From an uncultured Candidatus Saccharibacteria bacterium (GTDB taxonomy: Bacteria > Patescibacteriota > Minisyncoccia > UBA6257 > JAGOQP01), in assembly GCA_964420205.1 (NCBI GenBank), contig CAYQSO010000002.1, forward strand, positions 7,765 through 71,764: a stretch of DNA of 64,000 bases, in the 5' to 3' direction. The position numbers were made by a program, and so were the translations under genes. Below, one piece after another: positions 46,232 through 55,509 of this stretch (positions are counted from its first letter, which is position 1; every line of letters starts with the position of its first letter). The notes beneath the pieces are model-generated. The model searched no databases and had not been told where the DNA came from. It worked only from the letters and a program-made list of their open reading frames with translations.

Positions 46232-47764
46232 TTAATCAACATCCATGAAATCCTCATCTACCATTGCTTCTACATCTTCTTGCGAACAATCTTCTTTTAT
46301 ATTCGTAACTTTTTCTCTAAACTTATCTATATCCCCCCTTCTTTCAGTTAAGTCTATTATTGCTTCACCCCCTATAATACCTTGTGCAAAATTAGAATGT
46401 AACTTTATAGGTGTACTCGGCACTTCTCCTTCTCTTGATTTAGAGAAATATATATTAACTCTTTGTAACGACCTCATCGGGGGGTCCGAATAAATTACCA
46501 TACCTACTGTACATCTATCCCCCAATGCTCTGTATTGTCTAAATACTGTCGGGTCTATTTTTACATCACTTTTCTTTTCCCCGTCAGTATTCATGTTTTT
46601 TTCATTTTTAATTATTTTAGCAATACCCTCTTGACTTAATTGTGTAAGGAACAGAAATACAGTACCATATCCATCACAATATGTTTTAACAAAATCGTCA
46701 GTCTCTATTATGTGGTTATTAACATTATCATTAGCGTCTGACGATACCCCCCTGAATCTTTTTAAACTATCTACGTTTTCTATTATAACGAGGTCAGCGG
46801 GTCTCCCTCTATCCCCTGCTATTTTCTCCAACTTAGCCTTAAACTCCCCATAAGTGTTCATACTGAAATCTTCAGCCCCCAACGGGTTTAAAAATCCATC
46901 AGATTCCTTTAATTTTGCAAGTAATGATGTCATGTTCTTTTTATATAGAGTTTTTCCACCGTCATCTAACTTGTTCTGCCTCATATCTTTATAAATCATA
47001 TTATCTTTAGAATAATAACTCTCTATAGCTACCATTCCCATCCAAATGTACTCTTTAGGGTCTTCAAAAGATATGTAATCTACAAACTTACCGCCATGAA
47101 CCGATGCATTATACGCTATCGTTCTTGCTAAAGTTGATTTACCAGAAGCATTTGGACCTCCCAAGACAGCAATACTTTTATTTCCCAATACACCTATTAT
47201 ATTATCTATTAAAGGAATATGCGTTTTTATACCGTTATAATTTTTAGAAAATTCCTCATAAAGATTAATAAGAGATTCTTTTGTTTGTTTATTATCCTCT
47301 AAATTTCTAAAGGAGTAGTTAGTTAGGAGCTTTACAAATTCTTGTGCTTTTTCAGGGTCTACATTATGGGGGTCACTTAAAAGTAACTCCTTGTCCAAAT
47401 GAATTATTTGTACATCTAACCACCTTAAAAACTCCTCATAAATATAAAATGACCAATCATACCTATAATCTTCTTTAATTATTATATTCTTATCTTTAAA
47501 TCGTGCACTTAAACATTTTACATCAGGAAATTTACCGTGTTGCTTGAAAAATTGATTGTAAGCGTAATCATACCAGTCCCACATAGTAAGAGCCGGATTA
47601 CTAAATCTCTTTGCTACAGGGTGGTACTTTACTTTATCCAATCTATTCATAATAGCTTTAATAAGTTCGGGTTTTTTATCAAACTCAACTAAAGAATTTA
47701 ACATAATCCAATTAAGTCTCTCGGGTGTGAGTTTCTCTTGGAATTCCTTTTTAAATACTACCAT
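46232..47764 (-). CDS. DnaB-family replicative helicase
   Basis: RecA-fold C-terminal domain with Walker A IAVLGGPNASGKSTLA, Walker B VIIENVDS, FLTQLSQEG (H3-like) and YRALGDRCTVGMVIY (arginine finger region); about 190-aa N-terminal domain. Confidence 0.65.
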   Translation of the reverse strand: MVVFKKEFQEKLTPERLNWIMLNSLVEFDKKPELIKAIMNRLDKVKYHPVAKRFSNPALTMWDWYDYAYNQFFKQHGKFPDVKCLSARFKDKNIIIKEDYRYDWSFYIYEEFLRWLDVQIIHLDKELLLSDPHNVDPEKAQEFVKLLTNYSFRNLEDNKQTKESLINLYEEFSKNYNGIKTHIPLIDNIIGVLGNKSIAVLGGPNASGKSTLARTIAYNASVHGGKFVDYISFEDPKEYIWMGMVAIESYYSKDNMIYKDMRQNKLDDGGKTLYKKNMTSLLAKLKESDGFLNPLGAEDFSMNTYGEFKAKLEKIAGDRGRPADLVIIENVDSLKRFRGVSSDANDNVNNHIIETDDFVKTYCDGYGTVFLFLTQLSQEGIAKIIKNEKNMNTDGEKKSDVKIDPTVFRQYRALGDRCTVGMVIYSDPPMRSLQRVNIYFSKSREGEVPSTPIKLHSNFAQGIIGGEAIIDLTERRGDIDKFREKVTNIKEDCSQEDVEAMVDEDFMDVD

Positions 47765-48292
47765 TTAATATACTGCTCCATTCGTAGAAATTGATTGTGG
47801 GGTACTTGTAAACTTACCTACACCTTTAATATCATCCGTTCTTAAATATACCATCTCTATCTCATCTTCTATTTTTTCAAAATACTTTAAATTCTTTTCA
47901 GTTAATATTAGAGTATAACAATTTTCTAATCTATTTCTATTTCCTACTATATCTAATAATACATCTTTTATATAACTTTCAGTATTCCCTGTTTCTATAG
48001 TATTCTTATGATAAACAATTATCATTAATTCTGGACAAGGTAAAGGTGTATTAGAAAACTTGTAGTCTAACAACTCACCTACTGTAAAAGTAATATAACT
48101 ATAGTAATCATTATTAGTATAGAGTAAAAAAGTATTAACAAATTTCTTAAGTGTTTTATAACTAGTAGAAAATGCCACATAAGACTTTTTCTGTAAGTTA
48201 AGAGCATCAAAATATTTTGATTCCTTCTTAGAAAAAGGTACATCATACTTTCCTAAGTATATCTTAAGTTGTTCAAAAAAATTATCTGACAA
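47765..48292 (-). CDS. hypothetical protein
   Basis: 175-aa ORF immediately downstream of the helicase, overlapping its stop and start. Confidence 0.3.
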   Translation of the reverse strand: MSDNFFEQLKIYLGKYDVPFSKKESKYFDALNLQKKSYVAFSTSYKTLKKFVNTFLLYTNNDYYSYITFTVGELLDYKFSNTPLPCPELMIIVYHKNTIETGNTESYIKDVLLDIVGNRNRLENCYTLILTEKNLKYFEKIEDEIEMVYLRTDDIKGVGKFTSTPQSISTNGAVY

Positions 48293-48363
48293 TCTCTACT
48301 ACTCCAATAAATTAAACTACTATATAGAATAGCAGTTTTTTAAAAATAAATCAAGTAGTAAAA

Positions 48364-49083
48364 CTATTTTTTAAGTTTCCTACTTCTACGTCGCCATAAA
48401 ATACTTTGTCTTACCTGCTCAAAAACATGCTTATGGTAATTATCATATTCTGCTGTAGGTATTGAGTTACAATGTAGAAGCCCCTCTTCTATAGTAGACC
48501 TACTACTTAGTAACTCTTTAGAATATTCATCTATAGTTCCATTAACTATTATAAACCTTATTTTAAATATATCAAACTTACCAAACATCCTAGCAATACG
48601 CCCAATAACCTGCCTAAATTTGCGATACGCAGTGGGTACTGTATAAAGGATAAGTTCATCAGTAGGATTAAGATTAAGAGAGGCTCCCCCCGCATCACTA
48701 ATAAAAACTATCTTTCTTTCTGGATTATCATGAAACCAGTCTTCTACTTCTTTTCTTTTGTGTGTTTTCTCAACACCTGTTATCTTTTTACACTGAACGT
48801 TAATGTCTTTACTTTTTATAAATTCTATTAAATTAGAGATTGTTTTTACTCTTTTTGCATAAACAACTACACCTTTATCTATAATCTTTTTACCAGAATC
48901 CTCATCCACTACCTCAGCCAATACTTTAAAGAACAAGTCTTTTTTCTCATCGGTATTATCTACATATTCCTGCATATCGGCAAGAGCAGCACCGACATTT
49001 AACTTCTTTTTCTTCTCTTTAGAAGAGTTACTCTTCTTTATTATATTTAGTGCTTTTTGTAGATTTAGATTTATCTTTGGCAT
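48364..49083 (-). CDS. SF2 helicase, C-terminal domain (motif VI)
   Basis: FRQVIGRIARMFGKFD corresponds to helicase motif VI (QxxGRxxR); continuation of the upstream ORF after a frame change. Confidence 0.5.
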   Translation of the reverse strand: MPKINLNLQKALNIIKKSNSSKEKKKKLNVGAALADMQEYVDNTDEKKDLFFKVLAEVVDEDSGKKIIDKGVVVYAKRVKTISNLIEFIKSKDINVQCKKITGVEKTHKRKEVEDWFHDNPERKIVFISDAGGASLNLNPTDELILYTVPTAYRKFRQVIGRIARMFGKFDIFKIRFIIVNGTIDEYSKELLSSRSTIEEGLLHCNSIPTAEYDNYHKHVFEQVRQSILWRRRSRKLKK

Positions 49084-49891
49084 TTTTTTCCAACCCTATC
49101 TTTATTATACTATCATACTCTTTATAGTCTTTTAACTCAGTAGTATATTCAAAAAACTTTAAATTTATTTTAGGGAAATAAAAATAAGTAAACGATTCGA
49201 GCTCTTTTCTTAGTCCTGAAATATTAATGTACTCTACAGGGTCCATTCTAAGAAACTTCCCCCTCCAATCTTTAACTTCTTCTTCTACTATATATTTTTG
49301 TTTAAATTCCTTTATAGCACTGCTTAAATATTTATAATATTTTTCCGGTCTTACCAAACACATCATACCTAAAACCTGTAACAAAGAACTCGACCACGGG
49401 GTAGCTGTCATCGCTATGATTCTATCCCACATAAAATAAATTTTCTGGTAAGCACCGTGAACTATAGAATCGTAGTTATTCATTTCGTGTGCTTCATCTA
49501 TAATTAGTAATATCTTCTTATAATTCTTAGTTAAAGACTTTTTAAAGAATTGAATGTTTTCTTCATCTAACCCAATATCCTTAATCATAGAATGTTTTAT
49601 TAAAATTATTTTATCATCACCCTCAACAGCCTTTTTAAAATCTTCTACTAATTCAATTATACTTAGTTTTATACCTAATTTTTCAGCATCTTTAATAAAA
49701 GGAGTCGTTGCTGAAGGTGTTGCTACAATAACTATTTTATCTATCATTTTATTTTTATACAAATAACGTCCTGTAAAGACCGAGGATAGGGTCTTACCTG
49801 CACCTGCTGATACAAACCATAAACACTTCTTAATATTTATAGCAAATTTAGCTGCGTTTTGCTGATAATCTCTTAAAACTATTTTTTTCAT
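49028..49891 (-). CDS. SF2 helicase, N-terminal RecA-like domain (motifs I, II, III)
   Basis: Walker A FVSAGAGKTL, DEAH box LIIDEAHEM and motif III MTATP. Overlaps the downstream ORF by 56 nt in another frame. Confidence 0.6.
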   Translation of the reverse strand: MKKIVLRDYQQNAAKFAINIKKCLWFVSAGAGKTLSSVFTGRYLYKNKMIDKIVIVATPSATTPFIKDAEKLGIKLSIIELVEDFKKAVEGDDKIILIKHSMIKDIGLDEENIQFFKKSLTKNYKKILLIIDEAHEMNNYDSIVHGAYQKIYFMWDRIIAMTATPWSSSLLQVLGMMCLVRPEKYYKYLSSAIKEFKQKYIVEEEVKDWRGKFLRMDPVEYINISGLRKELESFTYFYFPKINLKFFEYTTELKDYKEYDSIIKIGLEKNAKDKSKSTKSTKYNKEE

Positions 49892-50406
49892 TATGGATTG
49901 AATACCTCTGGGTAACCTGTAAAAGTTTCAATCCCGTCTATATGAACATACCCTTTAGGAACAGTTACTTTGTCTATTTCTATTCTTTTAAAAAATTTTA
50001 ATCTACCTTGTATCATCAAATCCCATATAAAATTAAAAAATAACTGATACTGCTTATTAGCAGGTTCTAAATCAAAAGCTCTAAAAGAACAATGAGCACT
50101 TAAATAAGGTATTTTCTTACCTTTTACAATAGAATCTATGTTTGACCTCAATCCTCTCTGTGTCATATTACCATTAAAAGCCCACGTATTTATAAAAATG
50201 CCCTTAGACAGGACTTTAAGATCAGAGAAGGTATCACAATATTCTTCCCACTTTTCTCTTATAAAATCTAACTCCCTCGGAGCTTGTTCAGGGAACATTA
50301 ACCATAAAAATTCCTCTCCAAAACGAGGAACATAATAATTATATACTAAAGGGCTAACTAACTCCTTTAAAATAAAATGTTCACACTTATACATACTACA
50401 CACCAA
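49891..50406 (-). CDS. LAS-superfamily zinc peptidase (M15-like), possible peptidoglycan hydrolase
   Basis: SAHCSFRAFDL fits S-x-H-x4-A-x-D and the downstream GYVHIDG fits the second His ligand of M15 peptidases; 171 aa. Confidence 0.4.
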   Translation of the reverse strand: MVCSMYKCEHFILKELVSPLVYNYYVPRFGEEFLWLMFPEQAPRELDFIREKWEEYCDTFSDLKVLSKGIFINTWAFNGNMTQRGLRSNIDSIVKGKKIPYLSAHCSFRAFDLEPANKQYQLFFNFIWDLMIQGRLKFFKRIEIDKVTVPKGYVHIDGIETFTGYPEVFNP

Positions 50407-51310
50407 TTAAACTTAAATTAACTTTATAAAACTGACATAACTGTGTTAGTTCTTCCTTAGAAATTGTGCTAAGTAACATTTTAGTGTTACTTAAAATAGA
50501 TTTATCTTTCCAACAATCCAACAAAGATACTAATTTATAATTTAATAAGATAGTATCAAAATTTTCTGCTATCTTATGTTTTAAAGACATATCTGTTAGA
50601 TTACATATTATGTTATCTGCTAAATTCCCCTCATCTAAATATTTACCATTCCACTTCTGTATTATAGCTTTCACATCCTTATAATTTATTTTCGGAATTG
50701 CTGGTTTAATATTATCTGAAATATCACCTTTAAAAGTTTTCCATAATACAGATGTTTTTAAATCCTCCGATATAAAACTATAATCATTATCTTTACCTAC
50801 TTTAAACTTTTTATTAAGGTCTTTTTTAGATAGGGTTATGAATTTCCCGCCCCTATAGTTATTCGAAAGACTTATATTAGGAAATCCGCACAGTTGGATA
50901 AGATCCTTATCCCCACTATGTATTGTTGCTTCTTTACCTTTTCTAGACTCTTTTACCGCTAGTGCTGCAATAACTTCATCTGCTTCATGAAATTTATTTC
51001 GTAATATAATGAATTTACTATTAAAAGAAGATAAAATCTTTAAAAAATCACCCCAATTTTTATAAACAGTTTCTTTTTTATCCCCTCTCCCAGATTTATA
51101 TTCTGGATAGAGTTTTTTCTTTTCGTGGTTCTTTAAATCAGAATCTAATACAATATAAATCTTTCCAAACTCTTCTAGATTATTTCTTGCTATAAGATTT
51201 AAAAAATAACAAGTACCATAAATTCCGGGGTCTTTATAACCTTGACCATCATTTACATACCAATACCTATGGAAAACATATGATAAATCTACTATTAAAA
51301 TTTTTTCCAA
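50396..51310 (-). CDS. 5'-3' exonuclease / flap endonuclease (FEN, T4 RNase H-like)
   Basis: N-terminal ILIVDLSYVFHRY, IYIVLDSD and YPEYKSGRG (the YKxxR motif of the 5' nuclease family), plus a downstream acidic cluster. Confidence 0.7.
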   Translation of the reverse strand: MEKILIVDLSYVFHRYWYVNDGQGYKDPGIYGTCYFLNLIARNNLEEFGKIYIVLDSDLKNHEKKKLYPEYKSGRGDKKETVYKNWGDFLKILSSFNSKFIILRNKFHEADEVIAALAVKESRKGKEATIHSGDKDLIQLCGFPNISLSNNYRGGKFITLSKKDLNKKFKVGKDNDYSFISEDLKTSVLWKTFKGDISDNIKPAIPKINYKDVKAIIQKWNGKYLDEGNLADNIICNLTDMSLKHKIAENFDTILLNYKLVSLLDCWKDKSILSNTKMLLSTISKEELTQLCQFYKVNLSLIGV

Positions 51311-51312
51311 AA

Positions 51313-52071
51313 CTATATCTCTATTACTAAATCTTCTTGAAAACCTGTGTCTTCATTAGGGTATCCTAATTGGTTGCTAATAAAAACTACCTCACCGTTA
51401 GTAAAGGGTTTACTAATTCTATGAGAACAGTGAGTATGCCCTGAAAACCAATATGTACAGAGTCTCTCTGCTTTATTAAAATCATCAGTCAAATCAACTT
51501 CGAAAGCATACTTCAGTACACTATTACTTTCTGTTAAAAAAGGTTGATGGTGTGTTACTACTATACAGACCTCTTTACTATTATTTAACTCATTAAAAAT
51601 ATATTCTTTACTTTGTTCATATAAGTAATTAACGAAAAACGGAGTTATCCCTTTATAATTAAGTTTTTCAGTAGTAATATATTTATAATCATTTAAACCA
51701 AACTGGATATTATAAATATCTGTCGAATTCATTCTATTGAAATCTGTCCAAAGCGTACTTCCTATAAACCTGACATTATCTATTACTACTGAACTATTAT
51801 TTAAAAAGAAATATCTATCATTTTCTTCAGACTTCTCTTTCATTCTCCTATCTATCTTTTCCATCCTATGACTAGAATAATATAGATGATTTCCAGGAAC
51901 CTCTACTATTTTTAAAATAGGGTATTTTTTTAATAATTTATCAGAAAATTCCCACGCTGTAAGACCCTCACCTATATCTCCAGCAAGACACAAAACATCT
52001 ATACCCTCTAAATTAGGTTCATAATCTAGTCTAAACCCTAAATGTATATCACTAAATAATTTTATTTTCAT
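51313..52071 (-). CDS. calcineurin-like metallophosphoesterase
   Basis: MKIKLFSDIHLG, LCLAGDIGEG, VPGNHLYY and GHTHCSHR motifs. Confidence 0.7.
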   Translation of the reverse strand: MKIKLFSDIHLGFRLDYEPNLEGIDVLCLAGDIGEGLTAWEFSDKLLKKYPILKIVEVPGNHLYYSSHRMEKIDRRMKEKSEENDRYFFLNNSSVVIDNVRFIGSTLWTDFNRMNSTDIYNIQFGLNDYKYITTEKLNYKGITPFFVNYLYEQSKEYIFNELNNSKEVCIVVTHHQPFLTESNSVLKYAFEVDLTDDFNKAERLCTYWFSGHTHCSHRISKPFTNGEVVFISNQLGYPNEDTGFQEDLVIEI

Positions 52072-52108
52072 TTTAATAGTTTAAACTATTTTAAAAATTT
52101 AGTCAAGT

Positions 52109-53026
52109 CTAAGCTAAAATAGAAATAAGTTTGTTTATTTCTTTTTTCCACTCACCTTCTATGTAATCATAAGTAAGATTTATAAGGTTTGGGATATTCT
52201 CTATTGTGTTCATTGCATCTAATTTTTCTGGGAGAATTGGATTAAACACGAATCTACGATCTTCGTCTAGTAATTTTTGAATAGCATAGCTTGTCGTATC
52301 ACTTTGCCCATCATTCACTATGTCGAAGAGAGAAGATGCCCAATTAAATACTGTCCAATTCTTAATCTTATTAAAAGGTATTGAATAAGAATAACTACCT
52401 GTCCCAATACTTACTACTATTACTTCTTTATCTGGGAACATCTTTTTTGCTTCAATATACCCATATATTGTAGGATCATTGGCAAAAACACCCCCATCTA
52501 TCAGAGACATACTTCCTATCTTATAAGGTGGGAAGTATGTAGGAGCCGCACTAGTTGCACGAGCAAACTTCCATATCTCAATATCCTCATATATCTCTTG
52601 AGTAGAATTTATAAAACGGGCTTGTCTATCTTTAGTATCATACATAGTAGTTATGACAGGATTACTTAAAGTTGTTAAAGTATACTCACCTAGCTTCTCC
52701 TTTAAAATACCTTCGATGCCCTCTGAAGAATGTTTATGTTTGATATAATTTATAGGCCACTTAAAAATTCTTTTATCAAAAATTTTTTTAGCCGACTCAC
52801 CTGTAAAGAAATCTATTACGTCTTTTGTAGTATACCCTTGCCTACACGTATAAAGATAAGATAAAATACCCCCTACAGAAGTACCTATAAAAGCATCAAA
52901 TAAATCTCTCGGCTGCTTCCCCGTTAAATTAAAAATATGGTGAAGCAAAATAGCTTGTATAACTCCTTTACAACCCCCACCCGAAAGACTAAGTAATACT
53001 ACCCTATTTTTACCTATTTTCATCAT
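52109..53026 (-). CDS. patatin-like phospholipase
   Basis: Oxyanion loop SGGGCKG, nucleophile elbow GTSVGG (GxSxG), ATSAAPTYFPP and DGGVFANDP (catalytic Asp). Confidence 0.8.
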   Translation of the reverse strand: MMKIGKNRVVLLSLSGGGCKGVIQAILLHHIFNLTGKQPRDLFDAFIGTSVGGILSYLYTCRQGYTTKDVIDFFTGESAKKIFDKRIFKWPINYIKHKHSSEGIEGILKEKLGEYTLTTLSNPVITTMYDTKDRQARFINSTQEIYEDIEIWKFARATSAAPTYFPPYKIGSMSLIDGGVFANDPTIYGYIEAKKMFPDKEVIVVSIGTGSYSYSIPFNKIKNWTVFNWASSLFDIVNDGQSDTTSYAIQKLLDEDRRFVFNPILPEKLDAMNTIENIPNLINLTYDYIEGEWKKEINKLISILA

Positions 53027-53339
53027 CTCTAAAATTTTTAAAACTACTACTAAGAATTATATTAACTTTTGCATCTAATCCTGTTACAGACTTTAATATT
53101 TCTGTATTAGAATTTTTTAAATCATTAAAAGCTCTTTGTAACTCTCTTAATGCTTCATTGTCCGCTTTCTTTTCTATTTTATCATAAATTTCTTTTCTAC
53201 ATTTTTGTTGGCATTGTACACAAGACTCATTTGTTTTAAATGCGTTACTAAGAAATTCTATGACTTTCTGAATAGCATTAATTATTATATAGAGTACTAT
53301 AAAGGCACCTAAACCTACTACATAATATATTGAATCCAT
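53010..53339 (-). CDS. small membrane-anchored coiled-coil protein
   Basis: N-terminal TM helix YYVVGLGAFIVLYIIINAI, CVQCQQKC, then predicted coiled coil; overlaps the patatin gene start by 17 nt. Confidence 0.35.
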   Translation of the reverse strand: MDSIYYVVGLGAFIVLYIIINAIQKVIEFLSNAFKTNESCVQCQQKCRKEIYDKIEKKADNEALRELQRAFNDLKNSNTEILKSVTGLDAKVNIILSSSFKNFRDDENR

Positions 53340-54810
53340 TATTGTTCTCCTTACCTATTGACTTTTAATCTGTTGAACTAAAGACTCTATATACAAATCA
53401 AACTGCTCCAAATTAGTAACTTTAAACATAATTTATCCTACTTGAAGTTACTAATTCGCTTTTTCTTGCTTCTCCAGTATACCTGTTAGGTATACAATCG
53501 TACTCTCTTTTATCACCAGAGGCGACTACTTGAGTTTGTTTTAACACTCCACAAGCGTTAATTCCCGACAAGCCATCGGTATTTACACTATTTAACAATG
53601 TGTATTCTTTACAATTCTTAAGGTTTACTGCTGCATTGTAGTCTCTCTGGTGCTCTGCACCACAACTACTACATTTCCAGTTCCTATCTTTTAATCTTAA
53701 CATATTATTTTTAGTATTACAAATACTACATAATTTAGATGAAGGGTAAAATCTACCTACTTCTCTTACTTCTATATTATGTTTAGTACACTTTTGTGTT
53801 AGAGTTTGTTTAAAGTAATAAGGTTTATTTTGTAGGGTAGCTTTACTTAGATGTCTGTTTTTAACCATTCCTTTTACATTAAGGTTCTCAATAGAAACAA
53901 ATTTAGGTTTCTTCCTAACTATATCATCAATACACTTATTAATGTAGGAATTTCTTATTTGTTCTAACCTATAATGAAGTTTAGAAACTTTATCTTTATT
54001 CTTTATATAATTGTTAGAAACTCTATCTCTTTTCTCTTTTTTCTTGGCCTCGTACTTCCTATTTAAAGCTCTCTGTTGTCTTTTAAGATTTTTTTCTAGC
54101 TTCTTAATCTTAGTAGTCTTATTAATATTTTCGTAACTAGTACTATTAGAACATGTCAAATATGTACTAATCCCCCAGTCAGCACCAATTCCTTCATTAC
54201 AATTCCTGTAATCTCTCGTACTCTCCTCGTATACTATAACAGAGATAAAATACTTACTAGCTCTCTTAGTTATTGCTCCACTTATTATTTTATTAGACTC
54301 TATAGGAAGATATCCTTTTTCTTTTATGTGTATCTCTCCAAACATAGGAACTTTTATCTTGTGTCTCTCACATTTAATAGGTTTATCTAAAGATGCTCTT
54401 ACAAAATATACCCCTGTCTTATCAGTAGAAGCTTTTTTAAATTTAGGAAATCCTTTCTTCTCCTCCATAAATTTAACATAAGTATTATCACAATTCATCA
54501 TTGTCTTCCTAAGAGCTTTACTTCCAGCTTCCTTTAACCACTGTTTATCTTCATTCTCTTTGAGATACTCATTATTGAACCATTTACTAAAGTTGTAGTT
54601 ATTAAGATATTTTTCTCCTACGGAGTATCTTTCTTTATTAACAGAGATAAACAAATTCCAGACAAACCTACAAGCTGAAGTAGTAAGCTTGTAAAGCTTT
54701 TCCTGTTCCTTATTTAATTTTATCTCTGTTCTATAAGCTTTCATTAATGGGACTGTTCTATCTTTTATACTCATCAAATGTGTAAAATAATGTTATTAAA
54801 ATTTAATTTA
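53340..54810 (-). mobile_element. second TnpA-less IS605-family element (boundaries approximate)
   Basis: tnpB copy 2 with a 10-bp inverted repeat aattagtaac/gttactaatt flanking its stop codon (53411..53456) and a 3' flank partly shared with copy 1 (aaacataat). Confidence 0.45.
53422..54744 (-). CDS. tnpB: TnpB (IS200/IS605-family OrfB; OMEGA RNA-guided nuclease), copy 2
   Basis: MKAYRTEIKLNKEQEKLYKLTTSACRFVWNLF N-terminus; CSICNTKNN...CSSCGAEHQRDYNAAVNL C-terminus. Roughly 70 percent identical to copy 1 by eye. The track start at 54777 is 11 codons upstream of the canonical MKAY start. Confidence 0.85.
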   Translation of the reverse strand: MKAYRTEIKLNKEQEKLYKLTTSACRFVWNLFISVNKERYSVGEKYLNNYNFSKWFNNEYLKENEDKQWLKEAGSKALRKTMMNCDNTYVKFMEEKKGFPKFKKASTDKTGVYFVRASLDKPIKCERHKIKVPMFGEIHIKEKGYLPIESNKIISGAITKRASKYFISVIVYEESTRDYRNCNEGIGADWGISTYLTCSNSTSYENINKTTKIKKLEKNLKRQQRALNRKYEAKKKEKRDRVSNNYIKNKDKVSKLHYRLEQIRNSYINKCIDDIVRKKPKFVSIENLNVKGMVKNRHLSKATLQNKPYYFKQTLTQKCTKHNIEVREVGRFYPSSKLCSICNTKNNMLRLKDRNWKCSSCGAEHQRDYNAAVNLKNCKEYTLLNSVNTDGLSGINACGVLKQTQVVASGDKREYDCIPNRYTGEARKSELVTSSRINYV

Positions 54811-55509
54811 GTTTGCTTTTATTTGGCCTATTAAGACGTTAACGTACAAATCAAACTCTACATCCGTCATATTTATTATACTATTTGCATTACCCATTAT
54901 AGCCATCGCAAACTGATTTAATTGTTGCTCCGTCATAGTAAATACTGCTATTGCTAACTGTTCATTAGCTGTTCTTATTTTATTACTTATTTTTACATCC
55001 AGCTCTGTTAAATCATCTACTTTTTGTGTGATCAAATCTCTTATTCTCTCTACCTCAAAAGAATCTATGGAAATTACTTCATCTAAACCTGTATCATAAT
55101 GTTTAATTTTATGTTTCTTTATACTACCGGATTTCATAGCAGTAAGCACAAGATCACTCAATGTTTCTTCAAGGAGATTTAACTTAGCAATAACTTTATA
55201 CCCATCTGCTTTAGTTACCTGTACTGGAAACGATAAAGCTCTATATTCACTTGCTTTTTCTAAATAAAAATTAAGCCCGTTTTCTCTAAGTAATTCTATG
55301 TCTAATAGCTTTTCTCTATAATAAGGGTAATTATCCATTGGTTCATACTCTTTACCATCATCAGGAATTTCAACTAAATTATAAAAAGAGCTATTTTCAC
55401 ATTCTGTATTATTCTTACTATAAATTATACTTAATGTTTCTTTATCTAATATTCTACAACTTTTATACACTATTAAAAACTCCTCTTTGTTGTAAATATA
55501 ATTTCCCAT
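54808..55509 (-). CDS. hypothetical protein
   Basis: 233-aa ORF directly upstream of the tail-fibre genes. Confidence 0.3.
   Translation of the reverse strand: MGNYIYNKEEFLIVYKSCRILDKETLSIIYSKNNTECENSSFYNLVEIPDDGKEYEPMDNYPYYREKLLDIELLRENGLNFYLEKASEYRALSFPVQVTKADGYKVIAKLNLLEETLSDLVLTAMKSGSIKKHKIKHYDTGLDEVISIDSFEVERIRDLITQKVDDLTELDVKISNKIRTANEQLAIAVFTMTEQQLNQFAMAIMGNANSIINMTDVEFDLYVNVLIGQIKAN

Noticed and set aside
52072-52108. Palindrome aatagtttaaactatt as terminator
   Set aside because: All-AT 8-bp stem with no following T-run on the transcribed (minus) strand; too weak to call.
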